Assembly: GCF_964355755.1 (NCBI RefSeq)
Contig: NC_092680.1
Coordinates: 5,208,001 to 5,272,000, forward strand
Source of the DNA: Antedon mediterranea
Lineage: Eukaryota > Animalia > Echinodermata
Direction of reading: 5' to 3'
Length of the DNA: 64,000 nucleotides
In this document: in pieces, positions 1-12,537 of the stretch
Numbering within the stretch: position 1 is the first letter of the stretch
How the letters are laid out: every line of letters begins with the position of its first letter
Program-made: the position numbers and the translations under genes
Notes under the pieces: model-generated
Seen by the model: the letters and a program-made list of their open reading frames with translations, nothing else
Databases searched by the model: none
What the model was told of the DNA's origin: nothing

Positions 1-143
1 ACTAGGACGCAGCGCAAGGACGTAGACGCAACGCAAGCAAGTTGACCAATCACACGCGACTGTGTGATTAATCCATCGCTTGTGATTGGTCAAATCACTG
101 TGCTTTGCGTTACGTCCTTGCATGAACTTATTGTTGCGTCCAG
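1..143. mobile_element. Partial palindromic MITE (same family as 526-688)
   Basis: actaggacgcagcgcaaggacgta...tacgtccttgc; shares sequence with 526-688. Confidence 0.65.
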
Positions 144-406
144 GTGTCCCCTTAATAGGGGTTCTACTGTGTTATAGGTATATTATACGTTTAAAAAAAC
201 TACTTTTAACATAAACTCCGGTACACATTTAGATATTGTATAATAGGCACTATCATTGTATAAATTATCCACGTAGGCCTAATACTGGCTACCACATATC
301 ACAACAAAACAGGACATTGGTGGTTTTATATTGCAACTATAACACCTATATCTTTAGTGACTTTATTCTGCTGTTTTTACTTACCTTTTCCTTGCATGTT
401 TATTTT

Positions 407-707
407 AAACTTGGTTCCCACTCTGCGTCTAGGGCGCGACACAAAACAAAAATTTGACCCAATCACAAGTGACATTTCGGATTATCCTGTGTTGCGTGTA
501 CTTATGTCTTTGCGTTGCGCCTTTTAAGCTTGGTTCCTACTAGGACGCAACGCAAGGATGTAAGCCGCAACGCAAGCGAATTCCAATCAAAAGCGATGGA
601 TTATTATTCGAACTATCGCTTTTAATTGGTAAATTCGCTTGCGTTTCGGCTTACGTCCTTGCGTTGCGTCCTAGTAGGAACCACGCTTTAGTGTGCGAAC
701 TAAGCTT
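407..707. mobile_element. Older MITE (407-707) with a younger related palindromic MITE nested inside (526-688)
   Basis: The inner element is a near-perfect inverted repeat (aagcttggttcctactaggacgcaacgcaagg ... ccttgcgttgcgtcctagtaggaaccacgctt); outer termini aaacttggttcccac / gtgcgaactaagctt. Confidence 0.7.
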
Positions 708-1101
708 TGTGTTAAGCATGGATTAAACTAAAGTTTTTTAAACGGCTAATTTCTAATTTTTCTTCCTTCCATAATATTCTGTTCTATCATCTGCTTCTTT
801 GTCTGATAGATGCATGATTCCATTATGCTATTTCCTCACTACAGTCAGGGGAAAAATTGCAAAAGGTTAAATATGGTTTAGGTATCAGATAGTCTATATT
901 GTTTTGACATCTGTAACATGACCACAGTCCTGATTTTGCCATTTCCCCTGACTATAAATTAAGTAGCTTCCATGTGTTACACATAATTACATTAACATTT
1001 ATTTTTATATAATTAATTTAACATAGTTGCCTAACAGATGTTAATTCCTTTGCCAAAACTCTACTACGTGATAAGAAAAGTAGACCTATTTGATTTTTAA
1101 T

Positions 1102-1315
1102 GATTTTAATAATTATCATTCTTTATGCATTGGTAAAGTTGATATATTTATACATTTAAATATGTTTTCCATAATCAAAATTATGAAATAAAATCTACAC
1201 CCAGATTTTTGGATTTTAATAATTATCATTCTTTATGCATTGGTAAAGTTGATATATTTATACATTTAAATATGTTTTCCATAATCAAAATTATGAAATA
1301 AAATCTTCACCCAGA
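1102..1315. repeat. ~110-bp near-perfect tandem duplication in a Trk intron
   Basis: gattttaataattatcattc...aaatct(a/t)cacccaga occurs twice. Confidence 0.9.
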
Positions 1316-1431
1316 ATAAGTACCATTAAGTGTCCCAAACTCAGGGAGATGTCTGTCTGCTCTTATCTCACTATAAATGACCCAACATGTAATTTTCCAA
1401 TTTATAATTTGATTTATTTAAACTTTCCCAG

Positions 1432-1618
1432 CCATATGTAATAGTGCTAGCTATTATCGCTGCTATAATAGTCTTAGTGGCGTGTTTCATCAAGTTTCGA
1501 CATAAGAAAAGTCGTCGCCATCATCATGCCTTTGAAAATGGTGAAGTACTGGATCCTTTACGACCACACGCCCCGACATTACCTATGGTGGAAAATCCAA
1601 ACTATCTTAATGGAATAC
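1432..1618 (+). CDS. Trk: Trk exon: transmembrane helix and NPNY motif
   Basis: ttcccag| [26 protein letters not shown]...[11 protein letters not shown] |gtaagt, phase 1. Confidence 0.85.
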
Positions 1619-4600
1619 GTAAGTTCCACATGTACATGTATTCATTTTAACTAAGCATGTTTGGTGTAGAGGCCTATGAAAATGTATATTATATAAGGTC
1701 TAATACAAAAACATCAGTAACGTCACTGAATCTAGGTCTTACTTTGATAGTGCTGTTTTACTTTTACTATATACATATATCCATGGTAGGTGGCAGCGCA
1801 AATACGTCGACGCAATTGGCATGCAATTTAACAATGGGTAGCTTTGCAACGACTTAAAAAACTAGTTACGTCATATTAATGTATTACTTATGAGACATTT
1901 GAATGTGCTTCGCGTCGTCACAGTTTTGGCGGATTATATGTCCATGAGTAGACGATCTAGAACCAATACGCCTGAAAAGATTCACTGTCCCTGCAAAAGG
2001 TCGTTACAAATCTCTATTGTGTTGAGCATTTATAAGTTCTTACAAATCGCGGCTTGATGGAATGAATGAAAATAAGATCAATCGTCTTAGCAAATTTAAG
2101 GACGGGTTTCCCTCAGTGCTACTTGTGGTCGTAGCAGATTGGAAAGCAAACTAATAAAGAACTGCTTATATAACAGAACATAAGTGTTTGCGTCAATGAT
2201 ATCATTAACTAGTATTAGGCTAGTTTTATAATTATCATCTTCCGTTTTAAAGGTGGGCGAAGTGATGTATAACGTTGTTTTGGTTATTAATACATTATGG
2301 AGAATCTGTTGTAATCCAACAGACAATTATCAATACACTCTTAATCTTCAATGATACATTCGAAAAACAAACAGCGTTATATTGTTTTTTCAAACATGTA
2401 TTGTGACGTGTCACTTAAATCATTTTGTTTACAATTCGTTCTCAAATATTCATCTCGTACTCGTTCGGAAGAAAGGAACGGTTGTGCAACATAAACTCTC
2501 CTCATGGAAACAAACAAGGGTAATATAATGTTTAAATACTATGCCCACCCCCTCCCACTAATCAGATTACACCCTACTTAAATATTAAATCCTTTTATGG
2601 TGTTCTATGGGATCTTTTCCTTTTATGGAGTTCTACTGTGTTATCATTGTCCATTCGTCATTTTGTACGCGTTATAGGCTACATTGTCGTAAATAATCGA
2701 GTTAGTGTTTCTATTTCTTTATAAGAGTAGAAATAATTCTTCTTTTTCTCATGATCACAAACATAGGCGAACATGACATTTAGTTTTTGGTCATATATTA
2801 TCCTGACACAACGTAATTTAAATTTGTAGTTTTTAAAGTTGTTTTTTTCTTTTTAAAGTTGTTTTTTCTTTAGAAACGCATCACATTGACAGAAACAAGA
2901 TTCATTTCATGAAAGCTCTTGGTGAGGGAGCGTTTGGCCTGGTGTACCTTGGAACATACAAATGCATCAATGATCCACTACACGACACACGTGTAGCAGT
3001 CAAGCGTTTGAAAGACGCGGCACGTGGAGACGCTCGCAAGGACTTCGAACGAGAAGCCGAACTACTCGCAAACTTACAGCACGACAATATTGTAACGTTC
3101 TACGGTGTTTGTATGGAAAAAGAACCATTTCTGATGGTGTTCGAATACATGGAAAATGGTGACCTCAACAATTACCTACGGTAAGTGTATTTAGCATTCG
3201 ATTAAAAAAAAATATTTTCACTTTTTTAGATGTTATCGTTTTCCCCATTGTAAAGAAATCTTTAAATACGTAAGACTTTTTTATTATTAAAACGTTACTT
3301 TTTCGGACGAAATTGTTCTAAAATCTATACGTCAAACAAACTGATATGAGTGAAGCGTCTAGTGATCATAGAGACCTTATTCGGTATATGATTGGCACAT
3401 GCATTTTCGAGGTTTATTCCATGTATTAAGCATTTTGTAAAATGTTTCAACTTTTTTTCTAGATGTCGAGGTCCCGATGCTGATTGTTTGACAAAGGATG
3501 AAGTATCCCTATTACCCTTAACGTATAACGAGTTGCTCTACATATCGAAGCAGATTGCCTCTGGGATGGTGTACATGGCGTCTCAGCATTTCGTACACCG
3601 TGATATGGCTACGAGAAACTGCCTTGTAGGTGAACGACTTGTCGTGAAAATAGCTGATTTCGGTATGTCAAGAGATGTATATAGCACAGATTATTATAGG
3701 GTGAGTTAATATAATTTGTCAGATGTTTTTTCTTCAAAACCCCTGTCTACACTATCAAACTTTATGACAAAACATGTGTTGTACTCATATGTGGACATAA
3801 TGATGTCATATCACTACCATATTTGGGCACATCACTACCATATTTTTTGGGTCAAACTAGTTTGATAGTGTAGACAGAGCTTTACTAAATTGATTATTTA
3901 TATTATTACTTACTCTTACATGTTTAATTATACCTATTCAGTTTTCTATTTTGGAAACGCAAAAAAGAGGACACATTTAATATCACCACCATTCAACAAT
4001 AACAATATAATACTGTATGATGTATGACAATGACAGCGGTACATTGCTCTCGACCAATGACGTTTATTTCCAAAAGATTCTTATAGACTTACCAGAGTAG
4101 AACTGTTAGCGTGGGAGTACTAAACCGAGAAAGAAATTTAGAAGCATCAAACCTGTCTAATTAGAAAAAGTACTTTAAGTGCAGATAACAGGAAAGCTAA
4201 GGACATAGAAATATCGCTTTTTTAATGCGAGGATTATTAATATTTACTTTCATTGAAGAAAGGCTTCTTTGTAGATAATCGTTTCATATGCTGTTGAAAT
4301 GTTTATACTGTCTTCACACTAATTTGAACTCAGCTGTGGGTCCTCAATTTATCTCACATCTATGAAGCCATTCACAAATAAAAAGTTGACCAATCTAACG
4401 AAACAAATCATATCTTCAATTTCAAATCAAGTTTATCATATCATTATTTCGCCAATTTACAGTACATACAACATGAACAGAGAAATAGGTAAATAGGGCA
4501 GGATTACCTAAATGTTATAACAAAAATAATAACCACAATATGGTCATATTTATCAGATTTACCAAAAAAAAAATAACGCATTGATATAGTTGTAAAACCC

Positions 4601-5599
4601 TGAAAAAAAAGGTTATTACAAAGCGCGACAACTTTGTTGCAAAGTGCAAAAGGTATTACAAAGTGCGACGCAACACACGTTAACAGTTTAGTCAGTATTT
4701 CCATTCCATATTCAATATAAAATGTTTAGTTACAGATGGTAAAAAGAAAAAACTAAATTCTTTTAATTGAATTTCGTTTTAGATCGGTGGTCAGACGATG
4801 CTTCCAGTGAGATGGATGCCGCCTGAAAGTATTAACTATAGAACCAACACAATAGAAAGTGATGTTTGGAGTTATGGAGTTGTTCTTTGGGAAATATTTG
4901 AATACGGAAAGCAACCATGGTTTGGACTCTCAAACGTGGAGGTAGGCTAGGCCAATAAAGCAAATTGTAATTTCCAATATAGGAAAGTAAATTTATCAAA
5001 ATTATGAAATTTCAGATATACAGTACAAATAGACTGTATAGTTTATGTGTTAAATGTATACGTTTCTGTTAATGTTCATAAATATTAACGTAGTATAGTT
5101 TGAATATTTTTTTAAGCTCTGTCTACACTATCAAACTTTGTGACAAAAATGATTTACACATATATGAACATGATGTCACATCACTACCATATTCAGGAAC
5201 ATCACAATTTTTTGTCAAAATAGTTTGATATGTGTAGAGCTTTACAATATACAAGATAGAAGAAACTTTAATCGTTTTCATGAAAAAAACATCATTTGAT
5301 GTACATGCAGTACTTCAACTAACAAATTCACGAGAGAAAAAAATGTGTAAAAAATACATAAAATATTTTTTTTAATACATGTGTTTCATTTGCTGCAGGT
5401 CATTGAGAAGATCCTTAGTAACCAGCAACTTGAATGTCCAAAGGCCTGTCCCAAAGAAATATTCGAAATTATCAAAGGATGTTGGGAAAGGAAGCCGCAA
5501 GACAGGTTACCAATAAAGGAGATCTTCGAAAGGATTTCCAGGTTCTCCGAGGAAATGCCGCCCTTTCTAGATATGTCAGGAAAGAATACTCTCGTATAA
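1432..5599 (+). CDS. Trk: Trk-family neurotrophin receptor tyrosine kinase, 3' part (TM, juxtamembrane, kinase, tail); 5' exons lie upstream of the window
   Basis: Exons 1432-1618, 2874-3180, 3463-3700, 4783-4941 and 5399-5599 join in frame with GT-AG introns. Motifs: TM segment, ENPNY (NPxY Shc site), [33 protein letters not shown] (Trk activation loop), [15 protein letters not shown]. Confidence 0.93.
2874..3180 (+). CDS. Trk: Trk kinase exon (subdomains I-V)
   Basis: ctttag| ...[10 protein letters not shown]...VAVKRLK...FEREAELL...GDLNNYLR |gtaagt. Confidence 0.95.
3463..3700 (+). CDS. Trk: Trk kinase exon (catalytic and activation loops)
   Basis: ttctag| CRGPDA...[14 protein letters not shown]...[15 protein letters not shown] |gtgagt. 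Confidence 0.95.
3740..3882. mobile_element. MITE family A (TIR AGCTCTGTCTACACTATCAAACT)
   Basis: ctgtctacactatcaaact ... agtttgatagtgtagacagagct; one of about 12 copies in the window. Confidence 0.8.
4783..4941 (+). CDS. Trk: Trk kinase exon (subdomains VIII-IX); absent from the ORF track
   Basis: ttttag| [53 protein letters not shown] |gtaggc. Confidence 0.95.
5114..5242. mobile_element. MITE family A copy
   Basis: Same TIRs and atcactaccatat core. Confidence 0.8.
5399..5599 (+). CDS. Trk: Trk last coding exon
   Basis: ctgcag| VIEKIL...[20 protein letters not shown]...[13 protein letters not shown]; first AATAAA downstream at 5911-5916. Confidence 0.92.
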   Translation, partial: VIEKILSNQQLECPKACPKEIFEIIKGCWERKPQDRLPIKEIFERISRFSEEMPPFLDMSGKNTLV

Positions 5600-6378
5600 A
5601 ACGTTCAACAAGCGTAATTGTTCGTTTACCGTACTTAAAATGTTACGTTTTGACCGATACTGTATCTAAACACGGTAGTAGACGTAAGGATGAGAAGTGC
5701 CATAAAATGGCAACACGTACATTGACGATTAACGCATACGGAAACCAGTAGATGTTTCACGTGTAATATTGTATATTCAAATGTTATGACAACCAATATG
5801 TTAAGGTGTCATAACCGACTATGTACAGTTGTAATTGTTGAACAGCAAGACACAACTTGAAAAGCGACATTGTATTTGTATATTATAAAAGACACCTGGT
5901 TGGTGAATGGAATAAAGACGAAACTATAAGTTGTGTTCATTGTATAGATTAGTTACAAATACGTTTATTTCGGTCTTTCACGACGTAAAATGTGCGACGA
6001 CAATGGAAGAAACGGTGTCTAAATAAGACGGGTAAATAGAATCCTAAAGAAGAACGTATAGCACGAGTCTGTTATGTAATTTAATAAGCATATTGATCGG
6101 CTTGTCCTTAAGATCAACTCAGTTTAACTTTAATTTGTTTTAAGATTCCTCAAATGTTTATTTGTGATATTAAAATTATAAAGGTTTTGTGATGTCAACA
6201 TTTTTAAATCTATTTAATCTTGAAAATCATAAAAAGGCATATTAAATTATCTCGTGTTATACATAATATAGGCTTAAATATTAATAAAGATTAGTGGGTT
6301 TTCTAATGATAACAAAAACATTGTATATGATTTTAAATCCATTTTACGATATTATTGATATTTGCAGTGAAACATTAA

Positions 6379-6675
6379 AGATGTATTGTCCCCTGAAAAA
6401 AATTTTAATTTTTAATAAGTTTAATGTCACCTAATATTTATCCACTTTGACCAAAAATTGGATAAAAAAAATATTTACATAAAAAACTGTAATTTAAATT
6501 TTAAAAATAGTCAAATTGCCTGCTAGCCAATTGGTTTTGGTTGAATTTAACCATTTATTTTGTCATTTTATAAGTGATTAACTTCAAAACTACAAAATAA
6601 TCTATTCAAAGTCTGATTTTATTAATATTGATTTTCCTGTTTTTTTTTTTTTGGGGGGGGGGGGGAAATACATCT
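6379..6675. mobile_element. Non-autonomous DNA transposon with TTAA target duplication (Kolobok- or piggyBac-like)
   Basis: ttaa|agatgtattgtcccc ... gggggaaatacatct|ttaa. Confidence 0.7.
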
Positions 6676-7965
6676 TTAATGTTATAATTTGAATATATGA
6701 ATTATTTAGACGTGATTTTAATCTGACGCCGTTTTTTTTAAAGAGTATTTATAAGAAAGATTGTTTAAAACAGATGTATATACTGATTGTGTTAAGTATT
6801 ATTATTTTTAAAAGGAAAATGTGATCAGAGTAAATACGTTATACATGTAAATACTTTAAGAAATCTAGTTTAAAGGTTACGGTTGAATTAATGGGTATAT
6901 CCGGGTTTAAAAATTATATTGTTTATTATAAAATATGATAATTTGCAATCAAACGTTTTGACTTGCTTTCAGACAGTAACGAAGCAAAGACAGCGTCATG
7001 AAAAAAGGCCCTTTAAAATAAATTCCGTACAAATACTAAAATAATACTAACAGTATGGAATAATACAATATATTATTGTAACTTTGACTGTTTCATTCTT
7101 GGGTCGCTGTTGGATCTGTATAGTGTTAACTACAGGAAAATGCATACAAATTATCTACAGTTATTTAACAATAGACATTTTAGGCGCCCGGAATTTCTCT
7201 TTAATAAATCGTATAGTGGACATGCTTTATCGATGCAAGTCCGGACTTACCGCTTCATCTTGTCAACATATTGTATATAATAATATAGGATTTTAAATAC
7301 TTGCCGCCATAAAGTAATCTATCTATAAGGTATATACAAAGTTATCGTTATGATTAAGGTTTAATACTGGTATTATTACTTTATTGATGAAAACTATATA
7401 GTATAGATACATTCGAGATACTGTTATTATCGACAAACCATACAAGTGGTCTACTGAAAGACGTGCGAATAAATTATTAGAAATAATTTTAGAATTAATT
7501 AAAACTGGGGACTTAAGACATGTGCAACATGTTTAACTGCGATTTCGTGTACGGTAAAGAAATGAAGCCAAATTAATAGTCCGAAAACCCCATAGTTAAC
7601 ACATTATTGAGTTCATCCTATTATCTTAGTCTAGACATAATTTGAGACAGTGAAGTCTTTAATGTCAGGTAATAAATAAATTTATATTTTACATATCGAA
7701 TACGTACGAATAGTATAAACACATAACTATGCATTATAACATATGCATAACTTATACGGAGGACTTAGGAGGAGTATACATGAGTATGTGCATGCATCAT
7801 ATTTATACAATTAATATACTTTACATATACAATTAACATTAGGACTGACATTAATGACCAACATTATACAATATTATATCATACTGTAAGTCAATGAGAT
7901 GTACAGTATTGATGACATCATGTTCTTAGATCATCACAAGGAACATGGTATATTTGTGAGAATTG

Positions 7966-8098
7966 AAGGGCAACTCCGGGTTCGGTTGATATAGTACCAG
8001 TGAAGCCAAGCGAGTCTTGTGATACTACTGTAGCTAGCCCTTGTCGGGGTGCTTAAGACATTAACCGGTGTTAGAAAAAAAAAACCGGATTTGCCCTT
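7966..8098. mobile_element. Small TIR-bounded element (probable MITE)
   Basis: aagggcaactccgg ... ccggatttgccctt (13 of 14 inverted match), TTAA-like flanks. Confidence 0.45.
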
Positions 8099-10122
8099 TA
8101 ATAAACAATGATATAATAAATTATAATTAAGTTTATATAGAAAATATCAATTGCTATACTATTATTATTTATATGCAGGCATGATAAACAACAAGCTATG
8201 TGTATTTATGTTACACATTATAAGGTATAGGCCTATTTTTAATGAGTTTATGGTTGGTTTTGAGGCCTATTCTTAAGTATTTCAACGATTAGGATTGTAA
8301 AATTATGTACAGAGAGCCGTAGCTATGACGATAGATTTCTATTTTTATTCAAGTAGCCAGTGTAAGTTGTACAAAAGTGCTATTTACCCTCATCTGTCTA
8401 TTCACCCTTATCACTGTCTATCCACCCGTATAGCCAACATTTGTATGTTATAACATCCGTGTTGCCGAAACTCAAGACAGTTTAATATTGCCTTATAAAC
8501 GCTAAGAACCACAGCTTAATAAGTTCAGACTTAGTTAATTTTCTGTTGGATTAGATGAGTCAGAGTTAACTATTTCTATATTGTTTTTGACTCATATTAA
8601 GACCGATATATGTAATTTTGATTTTCTCGAAACCACCGTTCATTTTGGTTACCTTTCCGGCCACCCGACTAGGATAAATGTGCATTACAGATATATTGGT
8701 TCCGTGAAAATATCCAGACATCTTTGTTAAACTTTCCCACTTGGACGCAATGCATTGACGTAGTGTGTAACACAGCCGCATTTAAAGATTTTCAAATGGC
8801 TAGTAGGCTGGTGTAAAGGATATATCGATATTAGCTTATGCACAGAAGTTATACATTTGATTTATTTTTCTGGTGTCTTCCTTGGTTAGTTGAACGATAC
8901 AGTGACCTAATATTACTCCCGGTCTGCGTATAATATAGATATAAATATTATATTTTTCATTTGTAATGTTTCAAGAAAAGTTATTTATTTTAACATATAT
9001 CTGTATAGAAAGACCAAATAGTATTGTCTAAGCTATAGAAAATTGAAAATTTCGTTTCCAAATAATGTTCTGATTTATACTAATTTGATATCAATTTTAA
9101 TGCATTTGGAATAATTATAATATCTCAGTGTTTTCATTTAAAATGCATGTATAATTAATTATTTTTCAAAATTAATCAAAATTATTATCACACATTTAAA
9201 AATGTTACGAAGTTGTTATATTGATTGTTAATTGAAATGCTTAATTTGTTCCAAATTATAATCAAAATATTGCTGTTTTGTTTCAACTATTATTGTTATT
9301 GAAAATCCTATGAAACATGTTAATTAACGTTAAAACGCTAGTTTATAGCGCAGTTGAAATTAATGTATGTAATTATGTAATAGATTATAAAAGTCAAATG
9401 ATATGATTGTCTTAAATAGAAGCAGCCCTGAATGAAAACACAGTAAAAAGTATCGTGTTGGAAAAAAAGCATTGTTACCATACAGCGAGACAGTACATAA
9501 TAAAGAAAGTATCAAAAGATTATTATGTTTTTCTTGCGTTAACTGTTGCCTTTTGAGTCACTTGAGTATATTCACAAAAAAGGTATGCTGAATATAAATA
9601 TTCAATAAACGCACGTATATAGGCCTACACATTCTTATAAGCACAGAACAATTATCACATAAAGAAGCCTACGTCAACTCGCTTTTTGTTGTGATTGCGA
9701 CCGGTGTCGTGCTGTGGTTTTCAGTTTTAAACGTATTAGGCCTACCAATTTGTAAAGATAGTAGCTCACATTTGGTAAAAAAATGTTAACACACACAACA
9801 TGCGCTAGAGTGAACGAGTTACGTCTCAGCAATTTCGGTGCTGTGGGTCTCTATCACGCTAACCTTAATTAACCCGCATCCTACGACGCGATAGTCTAAG
9901 CTAGCCTGGTCTATAATCTAGGCCTACACTAGCTGGGCCTAGGCTACTTTAAACCAGAGTCTCCATGCTTAGGCTTAGCCACCTAGGCTAGACCACAGTC
10001 CACAACTGTCGCTTTCACTTTGATATTTTAGATTCACCGTAGTCCTGATGCCATAAAAGCAAAATACAATACTTTAAATATAAAATTAGATAAAATATAA
10101 CTAAAAAAACGTTAAATCTTAC

Positions 10123-10300
10123 CAATTTTCTTTCTTTTTATTTCCTTTCGTGTCGACGTCTTCGTCTCGCGCGATGGATGATCCTCAATGGATGTTTCTG
10201 ATTGGTCAGTAGTTGGACGTATTATCGTCTGATTTGAAGCACGTCACGTCCGGTGCGCATACTCTGATGACGTCAAACAATTGCAGATCGCATCCATCTC
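10123..10300 (-). promoter_or_regulatory. Orphan CpG-rich promoter with a short first exon and splice donor, facing the Trk 3' end
   Basis: TCTCGCGCGA, CTGATTGG (CCAAT box), CACGTCACGT, TGCGCA and TGACGTCA (10268-75); minus-strand donor ttg|gtaaga at 10121-22; TAGGCCTA-rich tract follows. Confidence 0.5.
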
Positions 10301-12185
10301 CTTTTTGTCACATTTTTTAAACTATGCATTATAATACGATTATTAATTTATTGTAGTGAAAAACGACTCTACTATAATAAATAAACAAATTTCCATAAAT
10401 ATTTTAGTTATTTATTATTTTATTTATTGAAAGATGCAACGAGTAATCACAGCAAGTACTATAGATTTGTCTATATCATTTGCATTGTATCTAATACATT
10501 ATACAACAAAGAAAATGAACAATCAACTTAATCCAATGGATTAGTACTAAAGTAGGCCTATTTGAATATTAATATATAAAATTTATAATTAACATTTTAA
10601 ATAAAATGGAATGAATGTAAAACGAAGTAAATAAATAAAATGCATTAAAAATTCTATCTTTTAAAAATGTCAAAAAAAACCTCTAAAGTTTTTTTTATAT
10701 ATTTCCTAATTGCGGTTTTCAGTCTTCCTGTCATTAAACCACAAGCTCAGTTACGCTATTATATTTATTTTATTTGGCAATTGTTACATAAAACAAAGAA
10801 TGTACATTCCTCTTTTTTTTACATGCATATAATTATAAAGTAACCAATAAATTGCTGCTTAAAATAGAAGCAAAGACGTAATAGTATTAACACAGCACAC
10901 TACATGCACTTGGTTACATCAAGAATTACCATAAACCACCTTAATCTGATTAAATACCTTCGCATTTGTTTTCAACTGAAATATAATCACATGTTTGTAT
11001 GTACATGTAATTAAAACAATGCATCACGTCCAAATATGACGTACAACCCCTCTTTTTGGGACATTCCTATTCAGGGGACACCACTATTTAGGATATGCCT
11101 CCATTCAAGGGACACCCCTACTATATGTAGGATCATGGAGGTGTCCCCTATATAGAGGGTTCAATTATATTTACTTTAAAATGATATTTTGCATACAGTG
11201 GGTTGCGTCATAGTGTATTGGCAAAATAATTTCATGGGTTATATTTACTAGAAATCAAATCTCTATGGTGGATATGACAGACACTGCAGGGTGACAGTTT
11301 TATCTTACCAACACCTATTTCATAATGTAATATATCACATATTTGACACAGAAACGACATTCATTTTACAGATATGTTTGTACTAGAACCAACCAATCAA
11401 TATTATATTAAAATATATTTCATTAGAAAGAACAAATCCACGATTTATTTGCTTGAGAAGCGCAAAAGAAAAGAACAAGTTTGGGAAGTAGGTGTTACCT
11501 CCCCCATTTGTTTCCGTTGGGAGTGGGAGCCGGTGGTTAAGACCACTTTTAAAGGTCATATCAACATAGTAATTATGTGTCCTATTTTTAAAAATTAAAT
11601 TATAATCTTGTAGATGGTTGCTGGTGAAGCAAGTTTCTTTTCCGATTGCTGGATCCATGAGTAAATGTTTTATCAATTCATTTTTTTTAAATTTACAATT
11701 GTACAGTTATTAATTAATACCAATACTGGCAAATAAACATATTTCAGTAAATCAAACACTAAATTAACAAGAAGTAAAGGTGCGTCTATATGAAAGACAA
11801 CATTTAATGCACTAATTTAGATTTGAAAACTAAAGGAAATTCATAAGTTCAAAAAAAAAATTGTGTTGATTTTCCTTGAAAGCATGAATTAAAAATATTA
11901 AAATATTTTAAAATAGACTACCAATATATTGAAATATCATGTGACTTCATCAACCTACAACAGAATGTTTTATAGCTCTGTTTTTAAAGTACTAAAAAAC
12001 CTTTTCCATCAAAATTATTGAATGAATTTTATTGAATGAATTTTATGATTTTTGTAAATATACCATAACTAAATAATTATTTGTGTTGTCTCTGTATGAC
12101 ACACTTCCAAAGACATCTACACTGTGGCTAGGTGTTTACTTTCCAATAACTGGCGATGTGTAGCACTTGGTAATACCTCACACTA

Positions 12186-12270
12186 TATATAACTGACATC
12201 GTACTTCATATAACTGCTGTTGTAATTCATATAACTGCTGACATACTTCATATAACTGCTGTCATACAAC
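12186..12270. repeat. Short imperfect tandem repeat in the AGTPBP1 3' UTR
   Basis: ttcatataactgctg x3 plus one degenerate copy, period about 20 nt. Confidence 0.75.
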
Positions 12271-12356
12271 TACCGTAATACATTATATACTTTGACTGCT
12301 GGGTAATTCTAAGTCTGTGTGCTTTTTACATCATTAATTCTCAATCACACTAGACA

Positions 12357-12537
12357 TTATGAATACCCATTCCTAGATGATTTGGCACCCTCAACTGGGA
12401 TACCGGTAATATCATCATCTTCATCCTCATCATCACTTTCATCTCCATCCTCATCTAGACTGATGTCTTCATCATCAACAGCAATGTCCGCAGCTGATGG
12501 AGTAGGAGGTGGAGGTGACAATGGGGTCTCTTCCAGA
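12357..12537 (-). CDS. AGTPBP1: AGTPBP1 last coding exon (acidic tail)
   Basis: ttacag| [11 protein letters not shown]...[22 protein letters not shown]...SSRNGYS*. Confidence 0.8.

Noticed and set aside
5434-5751. 105-aa ORF overlapping the Trk last exon
   Set aside because: Alternate frame of a real exon with no independent splice or homology support.
8566-8781. 71-aa minus-strand ORF as a coding exon of the orphan transcript
   Set aside because: No recognisable homology and no clear acceptor; kept only as a possible non-coding exon.
9985-10055. Possible C/D-box snoRNA or miRNA near the orphan promoter
   Set aside because: A CTGA is present, but I found no proper RTGATGA C box, terminal stem or long hairpin on either strand.
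5600-12350. miR-7, which lies near vertebrate NTRK2 and NTRK3
   Set aside because: I did not see the mature sequence TGGAAGACTAGTGATT or its reverse complement by eye; a formal search would be needed to exclude it fully.
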